Source of the DNA: a virus
Lineage: Duplodnaviria; Caudoviricetes
Reading direction: 5' to 3' (one strand)
DNA: 64,000 nucleotides
Virus record (IMG/VR): IMGVR_UViG_3300020414_000008
Location: 96,001 to 160,000 of that record
The position numbers and the translations under genes are program-made. The notes below the pieces were generated by a model. It worked only from the letters and a program-made list of their open reading frames with translations, was not told the DNA's origin and did not search any database. Positions 1 through 9,773 of the stretch are shown piece after piece (the stretch's first letter is position 1; the number at the start of each line of letters is the position of its first letter).

Positions 1-402
1 ACTTCTATAAAAGATAAAAAGAAATTTGGTAGAGCGTTAATGGTTTTGATGGTAGATGACAATTTGATATTTGACAAAGACACATACAAGAAAACTAATA
101 GAATCACTCAAGTCAAAGAAATCAACTATGACAATCTTGGAAACAAATGTCCAGGCCCTGTAACATTAGATGGTAGATGTTTACATGGTAGAAATACTTA
201 CCAAAAAGAAGGTGAAGAGATAAACGAGATTGGTATCTTCAAAATCAGTCAGTTTACAAAAGGAATCATTCCACAGGGAAGATTAGATACACATACACCT
301 CAAAAGAAAAAAGAAGCAATAAAACTTATCAAGAACTTCCATAGTATGTTAAATGCGTTTTGGAGAGAAAACGACATTCCTTTTAGAGCAAGATTAAAAT
401 AA
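1..402 (+). CDS. hypothetical protein, 5'-partial
   Basis: Frame is open from base 1 to TAA at 402. Confidence 0.6.
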   Translation, partial: TSIKDKKKFGRALMVLMVDDNLIFDKDTYKKTNRITQVKEINYDNLGNKCPGPVTLDGRCLHGRNTYQKEGEEINEIGIFKISQFTKGIIPQGRLDTHTPQKKKEAIKLIKNFHSMLNAFWRENDIPFRARLK

Positions 403-403
403 A

Positions 404-437
404 TTTGGAATTCTCATAAATTTTTTGTATATTTATA
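404..437 (+). promoter_or_regulatory. Bacteroidota-type -33/-7 promoter
   Basis: TTTGG at 404, TATATTTA at 428; same 24-nt offset as about 16 other copies. Confidence 0.6.
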
Positions 438-451
438 CTAAAGGATAAATT

Positions 452-1021
452 ATGGGTAGAATATTAAGAGTTTTTGATTTCGATGATACACTTGCAAAAA
501 GTGTAGCATATATCTATGTAAAAGGTAAAGACGGAAAAGAAATAACTTTGTCACCTGCACAATATGCAAAATATAAACCCAAAAGAGGTGATGAGTTTGA
601 TTTCAGAGATTTTAACAGTATGTTGAACAAACCGAGAGTAATTAAGAAAAACTTCAAATTACTTCAACAGATGTTAAAGAACCCCAATAAAAAAGTTACG
701 ATACTTACTGCAAGAGCATTAGGATTCCCAATCAGAAAGTTTTTTAAAGATGAATATGGATTAGATGTATATCCTGTCACATTAGCAAGTAACAATCCAA
801 AAGATAAAGCAGATTGGATTGAAAAACATATTGCAAAAGGTTACACTGATATCGCATTTATGGATGACTCACTTAAAAATGTAAGAGCAGTACAACAGTT
901 ACAGAGAAAATATCCTGACGTAAGAATCAAGTCTGTACTTGCTGTTGAACATTTATCACCGAGTCAAAGAAAGAATTTGATAGAAAATCATATAGAAGAG
1001 TTGTCTAAGACATATTTATAG
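452..1021 (+). CDS. HAD-superfamily hydrolase
   Basis: Motif I DFDDT, motif II LTAR, motif IV FMDD. Confidence 0.75.
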   Translation: MGRILRVFDFDDTLAKSVAYIYVKGKDGKEITLSPAQYAKYKPKRGDEFDFRDFNSMLNKPRVIKKNFKLLQQMLKNPNKKVTILTARALGFPIRKFFKDEYGLDVYPVTLASNNPKDKADWIEKHIAKGYTDIAFMDDSLKNVRAVQQLQRKYPDVRIKSVLAVEHLSPSQRKNLIENHIEELSKTYL

Positions 1022-1037
1022 AGAAATAGGATATACA

Positions 1038-1421
1038 ATGGCAGCTACAAACAAAGACATTTTAGAGAACATTCTACAAGAATTGTCGTCTATGAAAACT
1101 AAACTCCCAAATGGCGAGTTAAAAAGAATGGAGACAACGATTATAGAGATGAAGGAAAATTACACAGACATCAAAGAAGATTTATCTGATATTAAATACA
1201 CATTACTAAATCCTGAGAATGGTGTAATAGTCAGAGTAAATAAAAACACTGAAGTAAGAGAAGAAATGGAAGAAGTTCCTGACAGAGTTTTAGAGTTAGA
1301 AAACGAGTTAGAAAAACTTCAAGAATGGAAATCAACTGTCTCGAGAGCACTTTGGGTACTATTTAGTGGACTAATTGGTCTTTTAGGGTGGATTTTTTCC
1401 GAAGCAATAGGTAAAATTTAG
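1038..1421 (+). CDS. coiled-coil protein with C-terminal TM helix
   Basis: Heptad-rich body; ALWVLFSGLIGLLGWIF tail. Confidence 0.6.
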   Translation: MAATNKDILENILQELSSMKTKLPNGELKRMETTIIEMKENYTDIKEDLSDIKYTLLNPENGVIVRVNKNTEVREEMEEVPDRVLELENELEKLQEWKSTVSRALWVLFSGLIGLLGWIFSEAIGKI

Positions 1422-1447
1422 TTTTATTAACTTTCCAAATTATATTT

Positions 1448-1657
1448 ATGGATAACTATGTAGACAAAGCGATAGATGAGGTTTACGACATACTGTTGTA
1501 CAACCCAACTTATATTGACAAGTCTACTAAAAAAAGAGTATTAAAGAAGATGATGGACCACTATCTCGAAGTAGAAGAATACGAGAAGTGTAAGCATGTT
1601 CAAGAACTCATGGATATGTTGGAGAGAACAAATGAAAATAGTAGTAAAAAGTCTTGA
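1448..1657 (+). CDS. small protein with UVR-like motif
   Basis: EEYEKC...ELMD resembles the UvrB/C coiled-coil motif. Confidence 0.45.
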   Translation: MDNYVDKAIDEVYDILLYNPTYIDKSTKKRVLKKMMDHYLEVEEYEKCKHVQELMDMLERTNENSSKKS

Positions 1658-1828
1658 TAATTTATTATCGAGTACTAAAGAATTAGGTAACAAAATTTTA
1701 TATGTAGTAACAGATGAGCCAGGTGGGACCAAAGTAGCAGCAGAGATTTGTCACGAAGTCGAGGTTCCAATTTACATCACAAAGTTTAAAAACAAGTACG
1801 ATATAGAAGAAGTAATTTATTACGATTT

Positions 1829-2080
1829 ATGACATACGGGGAAAGAAAAAAAACCTTATATTTATTAAATGATAACGTGAATAGTTTTATGGATGTCATA
1901 AATGTTTTGAAAAAATATATGTCATATCCAACTACTCAGGGTCAGTCAATAGCAAATATAGTTCATACAACAGGTCGTTGTAATATATTTACAGGTGATG
2001 AATTAATCGTTGACCATTATTATGAACTATTTATTAAAAACGGATTTAATGTGGAAGTAGATTACTATGAAGAAGACTAA
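1829..2080 (+). CDS. clpS: ClpS-like N-end-rule adaptor
   Basis: LLNDNVNSFMDVINVL...IVHTTGRC matches the ClpS pattern (NDD.N/T F..V...L; VH..G.C). Confidence 0.7.
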   Translation: MTYGERKKTLYLLNDNVNSFMDVINVLKKYMSYPTTQGQSIANIVHTTGRCNIFTGDELIVDHYYELFIKNGFNVEVDYYEED

Positions 2081-2249
2081 CATACCATCAAAAGGTTTAG
2101 GTGACACCATAGCTAAAATCACATCAGCAACTAAATTAGATAGGTTGGCTGAGAAAATCGCAGAAGTCGCAGGAGCAGATGATTGCGGATGTGACAAAAG
2201 ACGTGAAAAATTAAATAGGATGTTTCCGTACAACGGAGTTAAAAAATGA
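2067..2249 (+). CDS. hypothetical phage protein with CGC motif
   Basis: GLGDTIAKIT...DCGCDKRREKLN; coupled to neighbours. Confidence 0.55.
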   Translation: MKKTNIPSKGLGDTIAKITSATKLDRLAEKIAEVAGADDCGCDKRREKLNRMFPYNGVKK

Positions 2250-3160
2250 GTTGGAATATAAAAGATTTCATATTAGAAGTAATTAACGAAGAACAACTTG
2301 ACGAAAAGTTAATGGTTTACAATAACAGAAAACCATACGGTCAGGTAGTATTCTTAGCAGGTGGAGCAGGTTCAGGTAAAGGATTCGCATCAAATCACTT
2401 TTTAGATAAAGAAATGTTCAAGGTTCGTGATGTCGATAAAATGAAAAAACAATTACAGATTCTAAATAGAATGGGTAAAATCGATATAGATGGAATCATA
2501 AAGAAGTTTGGTAAAAACATACCAGCAAAAGAAATAGAAAATATTAGAAGTATTCAATCACAAGGATTTCAATTAAGAAACTTACAACTGAAACAACCTA
2601 ACCACGTTAGAGCATTACATCAGTTAGTAAAAGCAATGGGTATCAAAGATAGTTCATTAGAAAAACTATTTGTAGGTAAAGATAATCCTGAGACACTTCC
2701 TAATATTATGTTTGATATTACAGCAAAAGATGTTTCAGATATTACGAAGGTAGTTCCTATGTTAAAGAAGGCAGGATACCAATCTAAAAATGTTCACTTA
2801 ACGTGGATTCTTACTAACTTCGTAACTGCAATGGAAAACAACAAACAAAGAGAGAGAATGGTACCTGAGGATATTTTATTAAAAACTCACGAAGGTGCAG
2901 CAAACACTGTTTGGGGATTGATAACAAAAGCAATGCCAAAGGGTGTAAACGGTAGAGTAGACGTAATTCTAAACAATCCAAAACATACAGTCAAATATAA
3001 AGACAAAGACGGAAACGAGGTTGAAGGAATTGCAAAAGGATTTTTATCTCTACCCGTGAAGAAAGAAGGTGGGAGTATATTACCTGAGAAAGTTTGGAAG
3101 GAAAAACTTTTCAATTGGGTGAAAAATAACGCTCCTGATAGTATAACAAAGTATATGTAA
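2246..3160 (+). CDS. P-loop kinase (zeta-toxin/AAA_33-like)
   Basis: Walker A LAGGAGSGKG, DVD, and R.R lid-like motif. Confidence 0.65.
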   Translation: MSWNIKDFILEVINEEQLDEKLMVYNNRKPYGQVVFLAGGAGSGKGFASNHFLDKEMFKVRDVDKMKKQLQILNRMGKIDIDGIIKKFGKNIPAKEIENIRSIQSQGFQLRNLQLKQPNHVRALHQLVKAMGIKDSSLEKLFVGKDNPETLPNIMFDITAKDVSDITKVVPMLKKAGYQSKNVHLTWILTNFVTAMENNKQRERMVPEDILLKTHEGAANTVWGLITKAMPKGVNGRVDVILNNPKHTVKYKDKDGNEVEGIAKGFLSLPVKKEGGSILPEKVWKEKLFNWVKNNAPDSITKYM

Positions 3161-3167
3161 AACGTAA

Positions 3168-3314
3168 ATGAGCAACATTAAAAATCAAGACAACGGAAAT
3201 ACACAACTAAATCAAGTCCGTAACGATTTCAACGACAGAGTAGCAGGTAAAAAGTTCTTAGGAGCGACTCCAAGAGTACATTGGAATCAATCGAGAAGAT
3301 TTAGAACGATTTAG
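3168..3314 (+). CDS. 48-aa hypothetical protein (not in ORF track)
   Basis: MSNIKNQDNG...RFRTI* fills the gap between genes. Confidence 0.5.
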   Translation: MSNIKNQDNGNTQLNQVRNDFNDRVAGKKFLGATPRVHWNQSRRFRTI

Positions 3315-3329
3315 ATTTAGAAAGTAGTT

Positions 3330-3914
3330 ATGAGAGTAAACGCATTTATCATAGATGAGTTCTATAGTAATGTCGATGAAGTAAGACAGTTTGCATTAGA
3401 ACAAGATTTCAGTGTACGAGGAAACTATCCAGGCCCTCGAACCAAATCATTTTTAAACGATTCAGTAAAACAAGTAATTAATGATGTTATCTCACCAAGA
3501 TGGGGTAATGTTATATTTTGGGGTGACGAAGAATATACAGGTTCGTACCAATTTACAACATCAAGAGATAGAAGTTGGATTCACTGTGACCAAACAACAA
3601 GATGGGCAGGTGTTTGTTTTTTAACACCAAATGCACCACTCAGTTCGGGAACAGGTATTTTTAAACACAAACCTACAGGATTAATAGAATGTCCTCGATT
3701 AGAAAATGGTGAAACAGACCGTGAGTTATTAGATAAAATATATAAAGATTCACAAGATTATACAAAATGGGAACTTGTAGATAAATTTGCGAATATATAT
3801 AATAGACTGATAATTTATAGAGGTGATTTCTTTCATCAATCATTAGATTATTTTGGTCAAGATAAATATGATGGAAGGTTGTTCCAAACATTCTTTTTTA
3901 ATACGGAGAAATAA
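3330..3914 (+). CDS. 2OG-Fe(II) oxygenase-like (DUF6445-type)
   Basis: WIHCD, NRLIIY..DFFH and RLFQTFF. Confidence 0.7.
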   Translation: MRVNAFIIDEFYSNVDEVRQFALEQDFSVRGNYPGPRTKSFLNDSVKQVINDVISPRWGNVIFWGDEEYTGSYQFTTSRDRSWIHCDQTTRWAGVCFLTPNAPLSSGTGIFKHKPTGLIECPRLENGETDRELLDKIYKDSQDYTKWELVDKFANIYNRLIIYRGDFFHQSLDYFGQDKYDGRLFQTFFFNTEK

Positions 3915-4447
3915 TGGATAGAATAGTTCAAGAGGTTTTATTTACAGATAGTGAATGTCAAAGTCTAATAGATGGTGTAACTGAATGGAATTCAGCAACG
4001 TTAGTCCAAAAAGGACAGGGTACTGAAATCAACTACGGATACTCAGATGATTCACATAGAAAAGCATCTGAAGGTAAGTATGAACTTTCTGATTCATTAA
4101 AGACGATGTTACTAAATAAAATAGGAAAGTGGAACATTCAAGGTCTACTAAGTACAGCAAGAATCAATAAGTACGAAACAGGTAACTATTTTAAAAAACA
4201 CGTTGATAAAACCAAAAGACTATACTCAGATAGATTAAAGACTCTAATTATTAATCTTTCAAACCCAAGTGATTTTGAGGGTGGGGGATTAACACTGTAT
4301 CACGGGACTGAACAAACTGTTATGAATACAACAAGAGGAAACGTCATAATATTTGATTCAGATATAAAACACGAGGCACATACCGTAACATCGGGTGTAC
4401 GATATACATTTACAACTTGGTTAACTTCTCATCACATTACTCTATGA
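3914..4447 (+). CDS. 2OG-Fe(II) oxygenase (prolyl-4-hydroxylase-like)
   Basis: HVD...FEGG...H...VTSGVRY. Confidence 0.85.
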   Translation: MDRIVQEVLFTDSECQSLIDGVTEWNSATLVQKGQGTEINYGYSDDSHRKASEGKYELSDSLKTMLLNKIGKWNIQGLLSTARINKYETGNYFKKHVDKTKRLYSDRLKTLIINLSNPSDFEGGGLTLYHGTEQTVMNTTRGNVIIFDSDIKHEAHTVTSGVRYTFTTWLTSHHITL

Positions 4448-5091
4448 TAGACCCACTCAAAAGAGGTGCAAATATAAGTCACAAATATAAATTCGTTTGG
4501 ACCGCACCTGCTAAAGTAGCATCAAGGTCGGTAAAAGATGTTTTTAGAAAGTATTGTAATTTGAATCCTGATTGGCCCTCTGATGAACATACATCTGATT
4601 TTACTCATGTAAACAATTGGCCTGAATTAGCAGGTAAAGATTATATGCATATTGCAAGTATTAGACATCCATATTATAGGTGGTTAAGTTATTGGAAGTA
4701 TGGATATGGTGGTGAACTTCACGAAATGATAGACCCAAAAAATGGACCAATTGAATGTTTACAAAATATGTCACAGGATTGGATAAATGGTTGGGGACTT
4801 TGGAATCTAATAAATAATACATCAAAACAAATAGATTTTCTAATTAGAGCGGAAAATCTTGAAGTATCTTTAAAAAAACTTTGGTTTATCCCTGAAGATG
4901 TTGTGGTACCAACTGTTGGTAAAACTTATACACCACCGATTCCATTCGATGAAGAACACCTCAGACAAGTATGTTATGATAGATTTCTTGATGACTACAT
5001 AAACTTTGGATACATGAAAGATGAAAAACATTATCAGTGGGAACCACCCAATGAGATATCAAATCCACAATTTAAACACAGAAAAATTTAA
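4444..5091 (+). CDS. sulfotransferase family 2-like protein
   Basis: 5'-PSB-like PAKVASRS; 3'-PB-like IRHPYYRWLSYW; ATG at 4444. Confidence 0.65.
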   Translation: MIDPLKRGANISHKYKFVWTAPAKVASRSVKDVFRKYCNLNPDWPSDEHTSDFTHVNNWPELAGKDYMHIASIRHPYYRWLSYWKYGYGGELHEMIDPKNGPIECLQNMSQDWINGWGLWNLINNTSKQIDFLIRAENLEVSLKKLWFIPEDVVVPTVGKTYTPPIPFDEEHLRQVCYDRFLDDYINFGYMKDEKHYQWEPPNEISNPQFKHRKI

Positions 5092-5143
5092 CATAAATTT
5101 AACATTAAAAATTTGGAATTGTCACAAATTATGACGATATTAG
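5087..5143 (+). promoter_or_regulatory. TTTAACA-repeat promoter element, copy 1
   Basis: TTTAACA 5087 and 5098, TTTGG 5112, GATATTAG 5136. Confidence 0.75.
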
Positions 5144-5162
5144 TAGTGTAAGATTAAGAGAT

Positions 5163-5549
5163 ATGAAAAAATCAAAAGTTCAAGAAATAATTAACGAGGT
5201 TCTTCCAAAGATAGAGAACCATTATGGATTCTCAAAGTTCCAAGAGTGTACTCCTTATGTTGAGTTACACAAAAACATTTACGAAAAGTATAGTGGTGAA
5301 GAAGGTTCTGATGGTGAGGAGAGTGGATGTCACGCTGAGTATTGTAGTGATATGAATGAGATTACTGTTTACTATCCTAATATGAAAAGTAAGAAGATGG
5401 TTATTCAGACTTTGATTCACGAATACATTCACTACTTACAATCACCGATTTGGTTCAAAAGATATTACAATATGGGTCACGATTATGTATCTCACCCATA
5501 TGAAAAAGAAGCAATAAGTTACGAAAAAGATTACATAAAGTTTATATAG
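5163..5549 (+). CDS. HExxH zincin-like protein
   Basis: TLIHEYIHYLQ...HPYEKEA. Confidence 0.7.
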   Translation: MKKSKVQEIINEVLPKIENHYGFSKFQECTPYVELHKNIYEKYSGEEGSDGEESGCHAEYCSDMNEITVYYPNMKSKKMVIQTLIHEYIHYLQSPIWFKRYYNMGHDYVSHPYEKEAISYEKDYIKFI

Positions 5550-5917
5550 TGACAGACTTTCAAAAGGTTTCTAAGTACGTCAAGGACGATTTAGGAATAG
5601 ATGTTAAAATGGGTCAGATAACCGCGTTTATGGGACATAAGAACAAAACTATCTTTATTCACCATAATCATAATCTGAAAAAGAACGGTCTTTATACGTT
5701 ACTACACGAAGTTGGACATGCTTATCAAAATAAATATGAAAACTATTTTAAAGAAATTGATGAGGATAAATCCCCAAAAAAGTTTAATATGTACAAATTC
5801 ATAAATGAGGTGAATGCGTGGGACAAAGGATTGGATATTGCAAATAAACTTGGAATAAAAGTGGACGCTAACGAATATAATAAGGTTAAAGAAGAGTCTT
5901 TGTTAACATATTTTTAA
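5549..5917 (+). CDS. HExxH zincin-like protein
   Basis: LLHEVGHA...EVNAWDKG. Confidence 0.7.
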   Translation: MTDFQKVSKYVKDDLGIDVKMGQITAFMGHKNKTIFIHHNHNLKKNGLYTLLHEVGHAYQNKYENYFKEIDEDKSPKKFNMYKFINEVNAWDKGLDIANKLGIKVDANEYNKVKEESLLTYF

Positions 5918-5980
5918 CAAAAATTTAACAATTATTTAACATTAAAAATTTGGAATTGTCAAGAATATTCACGATATTAG
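5902..5980 (+). promoter_or_regulatory. TTTAACA-repeat promoter element, copy 2 (four repeats)
   Basis: (G/T)TTAACA at 5902, 5913, 5924, 5935; TTTGG 5949; GATATTAG 5973. Confidence 0.75.
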
Positions 5981-6020
5981 TAGTGTAAGAATGAGTAATA
6001 AGAGTTTAAAAATAAAAAAT

Positions 6021-6602
6021 ATGAGTAAAAAAATCAAATTAACAATCCAAGGTGTAAACTACGAGTTACCAAAATCAGCAGTGGTATTCAAGGGTTCTTC
6101 TCAGTGGGAAGATGAAACATACATCCAAATGAGAGCAAAGTATTGTTCTTCAATAATCAAACAATATGTTAAGAAAAACTTTCCCTTATTGAATGTATGG
6201 GCAACTTCTTCAGTATACAGTGGTGGTTCTTCTTGTGACATCTACGTTTCTAACCAAGATGGTTCATCAGTAGATAAAGATATTTACGAACAAATAGAGA
6301 ACTTCTCTCAACTGTTCAAAGGTGGTAGTTTCAATGGTATGGAAGATATCTATGAATACAGAACTGACGACCCAACTACTGATAACGGTACTCCAATGAA
6401 GTACTTCCCTTCTTATGTATTTGTAAACAATAAACCAAAGTGGGGTACAGTTGAGTATTGGATGAATGAGTGGAACGAATTGAAAGACCATTACAAAAAC
6501 AAAACAGAGTTCCTACTTAAAAATAAAACTTATATGACCGATAAAGAATACAAAAATATATGTAACGTTTTAAATCCATTAGGTCATCTAAACGGTAAGT
6601 AA
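6021..6602 (+). CDS. LPD29-like (polyvalent-protein domain) protein
   Basis: YSGGSS.D...FNGMEDIYEY pattern. Confidence 0.55.
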   Translation: MSKKIKLTIQGVNYELPKSAVVFKGSSQWEDETYIQMRAKYCSSIIKQYVKKNFPLLNVWATSSVYSGGSSCDIYVSNQDGSSVDKDIYEQIENFSQLFKGGSFNGMEDIYEYRTDDPTTDNGTPMKYFPSYVFVNNKPKWGTVEYWMNEWNELKDHYKNKTEFLLKNKTYMTDKEYKNICNVLNPLGHLNGK

Positions 6603-6623
6603 AAGAAACGCAAGTCTTTTCCT

Positions 6624-6677
6624 AAGGTGGTTAGACTTAAGGGACAAAAACCTGTGAAACAAACCACCTTTTTTTTT
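6624..6677 (+). terminator. intrinsic terminator-like stem with large loop
   Basis: AAGGTGGTT / AACCACCTT followed by a T-run. Confidence 0.55.
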
Positions 6678-6682
6678 AAAAA

Positions 6683-6892
6683 TTGAATATTATGAAAAAT
6701 TATCAAATTGTATTAACATCATTAGTTTCCTTCTTTATTTCGTACACCGTGTTATTCGGAATAGCACAAAAGTACATTCACTTTCAGAGTGAGTTAAATG
6801 AGATAGGAGTTTTTAGTATTTCATCTACGATGGGGTTTGTTGCCTTGTTTGGGTTAGATTGGAAAGGTTTGTATAATTGGTTAAAAAATTAA
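6683..6892 (+). CDS. small two-TM membrane protein
   Basis: Two hydrophobic stretches. Confidence 0.5.
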   Translation: MNIMKNYQIVLTSLVSFFISYTVLFGIAQKYIHFQSELNEIGVFSISSTMGFVALFGLDWKGLYNWLKN

Positions 6893-6896
6893 AATT

Positions 6897-7022
6897 ATGT
6901 ATGTATCAGAATGTTGTGGGTCATCCCCATGGTTAGGAGACATCGACTACGGTAGGTGTTCAGATTGTAAAGAATGTTGTGAATTCTATAATGAAGATGA
7001 AAATGAAGAAATGGCAGTATAG
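6897..7022 (+). CDS. 41-aa Cys-rich protein (not in ORF track)
   Basis: MYVSECCGSSPWLGDIDYGRCSDCKECCEF... Confidence 0.5.
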   Translation: MYVSECCGSSPWLGDIDYGRCSDCKECCEFYNEDENEEMAV

Positions 7023-7191
7023 AGAAATGGGTAGTCGTAATAAGAAGACAGGTAAGTTGTCTTATTACAATGTAACTGTTGTAGATTACCACATATCAGA
7101 TTGTGAGTGTATGGCACGACAGTTCCGACCTTATTCACCGTGTAAACATATGAAAAGACTACACGAAAAATTAGGTCACCTATCAATTTGA
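6979..7191 (+). CDS. SWIM zinc-finger protein
   Basis: CEC...PCKHM = CxC-x-CxH. Confidence 0.7.
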   Translation: MNSIMKMKMKKWQYREMGSRNKKTGKLSYYNVTVVDYHISDCECMARQFRPYSPCKHMKRLHEKLGHLSI

Positions 7192-7234
7192 TTAAATTTA
7201 AAATCATATTTATATAAAATAAAGAAAGTTATAT

Positions 7235-7879
7235 ATGGACGTACAAATTCCTAAAATCATTCATCAGTTATGGTTGGGTGATAATGAAATGCCTGAACAC
7301 TGTCAACAGTTTGTTCAGGAAATGATAGATTTACACCCTGATTATACTCACTATCTTTGGGGTAATGAAGTATTTGAAGAGAAATACAAAGACGATGAAT
7401 ATCTTCAGAACTATACAAAAGACCCCGAGTTATACAAATGGGCATTTATTTGTGATAGGATAAGACTTTTACTACTTAGGGACCACGGTGGAATTTATGT
7501 TGATGTAGACGCAAAACCTGTTCAGTCTTTTAATGTAGTCTTAGATAAATTAAGTCCACAACATACGTTTGTTTCAGGAATGAAACCTTCACAAGAAAAT
7601 AATACATTGGTAGATTGTACAGTTTATATGGCAGCACCAAATTCAAGAATGGTAAATGAGTGTCTATCTACATATGACAATCTATATTGGGCAAATGGTT
7701 GTAGAATGTTTAATGATAAAATCATAGAAACAATGGACACCGATGTTCAATTACTTGGTTACGAATACTTCTATGACCAAAAAATAGGTCCGAAGACAAT
7801 TATACTACACGATATTGAAGATACAAGATTATTGAGTTGGACTGATAATCCTGAAGCGAAAAAACCTCACAATTGGTAG
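7235..7879 (+). CDS. glycosyltransferase family 32 (DXD)
   Basis: IPKIIHQLW, DRIRL..L..HGGIYVDVD. Confidence 0.85.
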   Translation: MDVQIPKIIHQLWLGDNEMPEHCQQFVQEMIDLHPDYTHYLWGNEVFEEKYKDDEYLQNYTKDPELYKWAFICDRIRLLLLRDHGGIYVDVDAKPVQSFNVVLDKLSPQHTFVSGMKPSQENNTLVDCTVYMAAPNSRMVNECLSTYDNLYWANGCRMFNDKIIETMDTDVQLLGYEYFYDQKIGPKTIILHDIEDTRLLSWTDNPEAKKPHNW

Positions 7880-8572
7880 ATGACAAACGGTTACGAACTT
7901 ATTGATAATTTTCTGACAAAAGATGAACACGAGTATTACTTAAATGTATGTAAAGAAACATATGAAGGTACTCACGGTAAACAACACCCACATTTCTCGT
8001 GGAATGGTGAAGACAATCTCAATAAGATAAACGGTGCGTGTAATTACCAACCAAAGTTTTTAGAAATCGCATCACATCCAACTTTGGTCAAAAAAGCAAA
8101 AGAGATATTAAATACTGAAGATACTATTGACGTGTACATCAGTAAGTTCTTCCCAATGAAACCAAAAGTTGGAATGTCAACATTTATGCACCAAGACAAT
8201 TATTATTTCAAAGGTGACAGTAGTAAGATTGTCAGTTGTGCAATATACTTAGAAGATACATCAAAAGAAAATGGATGTTTGAGACTTGTAGAAAATTCAC
8301 ATAAACACGGTATTTTACCACATGATGTGAGTAGTGAAGTTGACCCATGGATTAGATGGATTAGTGAATCAAGTCTACAAAAGTTTAACATAATAGATTT
8401 AGAAAGACCTGCACCATACGCAACTTTCTTTGATATAAACTTAGTTCACGGTTGTTATCCAAATGTATCTGATAGAACAAGATTTAGTTTAGCATGGGAA
8501 TATATTCCAACATCAGAAACAGGACCATTTGTTACAGATGAACCGTGGTGTGATAGAAATACAGTAGGATGA
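7880..8572 (+). CDS. phytanoyl-CoA dioxygenase (PhyH) family protein
   Basis: HQDNYY, ENGCL...SHK, LVHG..PN.S..TR. Confidence 0.85.
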   Translation: MTNGYELIDNFLTKDEHEYYLNVCKETYEGTHGKQHPHFSWNGEDNLNKINGACNYQPKFLEIASHPTLVKKAKEILNTEDTIDVYISKFFPMKPKVGMSTFMHQDNYYFKGDSSKIVSCAIYLEDTSKENGCLRLVENSHKHGILPHDVSSEVDPWIRWISESSLQKFNIIDLERPAPYATFFDINLVHGCYPNVSDRTRFSLAWEYIPTSETGPFVTDEPWCDRNTVG

Positions 8573-9135
8573 AAATATTATTAACAGGACACGGAAGATG
8601 TGGTAGTACTTCTCTTCATTACGGACTTTCAGACGTTATGAATCATAAAATGGTGTTAGAACCATTTAATAGAGAATTATGGAAAAGTTACTACAAAACA
8701 AACCCACCATTTCAAAAAGGTGATGAGATTGGTGAGAATGTTATATTTAAAACATTATCAGGTCACAGTCCTGATTGGATTGAAAAAAACTATAGTAAGT
8801 TTGATAGAACTATAATATTGATGAGGGATAATTTGAGAGATACTGTATTAAGTCATCAGAACGCAATAGTTCACGGATATTTGAATGAGTACAAAGGAAC
8901 TGAAAATATAACCAAAAAATCTTTGGAGTATGTTTTTAACAATTACAAGTGGTTAATAGATTTCCATAAAAAAACTGTTACATCAAGATTGGTTTGGTAT
9001 AATGACATTTACACAACGGATTTTAATAAATCGAAAGACACAATACGGTCATTAGATTTGAACTTATCAGAAGAACAACTAAGTATGTTGTATGAAAAGT
9101 ATTTGAATCCAAGATTTAGATTAAGAAAAAATTAA
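8569..9135 (+). CDS. sulfotransferase-like protein
   Basis: GHGRCGSTSL PAPS-binding-like loop; R.N..D...S. Confidence 0.6.
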   Translation: MKILLTGHGRCGSTSLHYGLSDVMNHKMVLEPFNRELWKSYYKTNPPFQKGDEIGENVIFKTLSGHSPDWIEKNYSKFDRTIILMRDNLRDTVLSHQNAIVHGYLNEYKGTENITKKSLEYVFNNYKWLIDFHKKTVTSRLVWYNDIYTTDFNKSKDTIRSLDLNLSEEQLSMLYEKYLNPRFRLRKN

Positions 9136-9187
9136 CAATAATTTAACATTAGAAATTTGGAAATGTAGGTAAAAATACCTATATTTA
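9131..9187 (+). promoter_or_regulatory. TTTAACA-repeat promoter element, copy 3
   Basis: ATTAACA 9131, TTTAACA 9142, TTTGG 9156, TATATTTA 9180. Confidence 0.7.
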
Positions 9188-9207
9188 CTATGTAAATAAG
9201 TAATGAT

Positions 9208-9561
9208 ATGACAAATAAAACTATTTTCACAGACATCGATGGGACTTTGGTTCACCAAGTGAACTTTGAAGACCTTGACCCGTTTAACAGTGTTGCATTG
9301 CCAGGAGTTGTAGATAAAATGGTTGGTTGGTTCAAAAAAGGATACCACATCGTATTAACTACTGCAAGACCTGAGTCTTTGAGACACGAGACAATTCAAG
9401 AAATGGACATCTTAGGAATACCATTCCATCAATTAGTGATGGGAATCGGTAGAGCCGAAAGAATCCTAATCAACAACAATAGTGATAAAAAACCTAATGA
9501 AGTAAGAGCAGAAGGTATAATTGTTCAGAAAAATGGTGGTTTTAATGACGTAAATCTATAG
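9208..9561 (+). CDS. small HAD-family phosphatase
   Basis: DIDGT, LTTAR. Confidence 0.75.
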   Translation: MTNKTIFTDIDGTLVHQVNFEDLDPFNSVALPGVVDKMVGWFKKGYHIVLTTARPESLRHETIQEMDILGIPFHQLVMGIGRAERILINNNSDKKPNEVRAEGIIVQKNGGFNDVNL

Positions 9562-9563
9562 TT

Positions 9564-9764
9564 ATGATATATTTAAGAGAGGAGTGGATTAACCACCCGA
9601 AACTTAAACGGTTCAGTAGAATCAGTTGTACTGACTCTAAATGTGAGTGTGGTTCCAAGAATACAGCATATCTTTGGGAACACGATTCATGTGTTAGGGG
9701 AAGGATAGACACTGAAGTCTGTTTGGACTGTGACGGTATCAAAAGTTTTGATATCGTAAGATAG
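9564..9764 (+). CDS. small Cys-rich hypothetical protein
   Basis: CECG...CLDC. Confidence 0.45.
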   Translation: MIYLREEWINHPKLKRFSRISCTDSKCECGSKNTAYLWEHDSCVRGRIDTEVCLDCDGIKSFDIVR

Positions 9765-9773
9765 GAGACTTAG

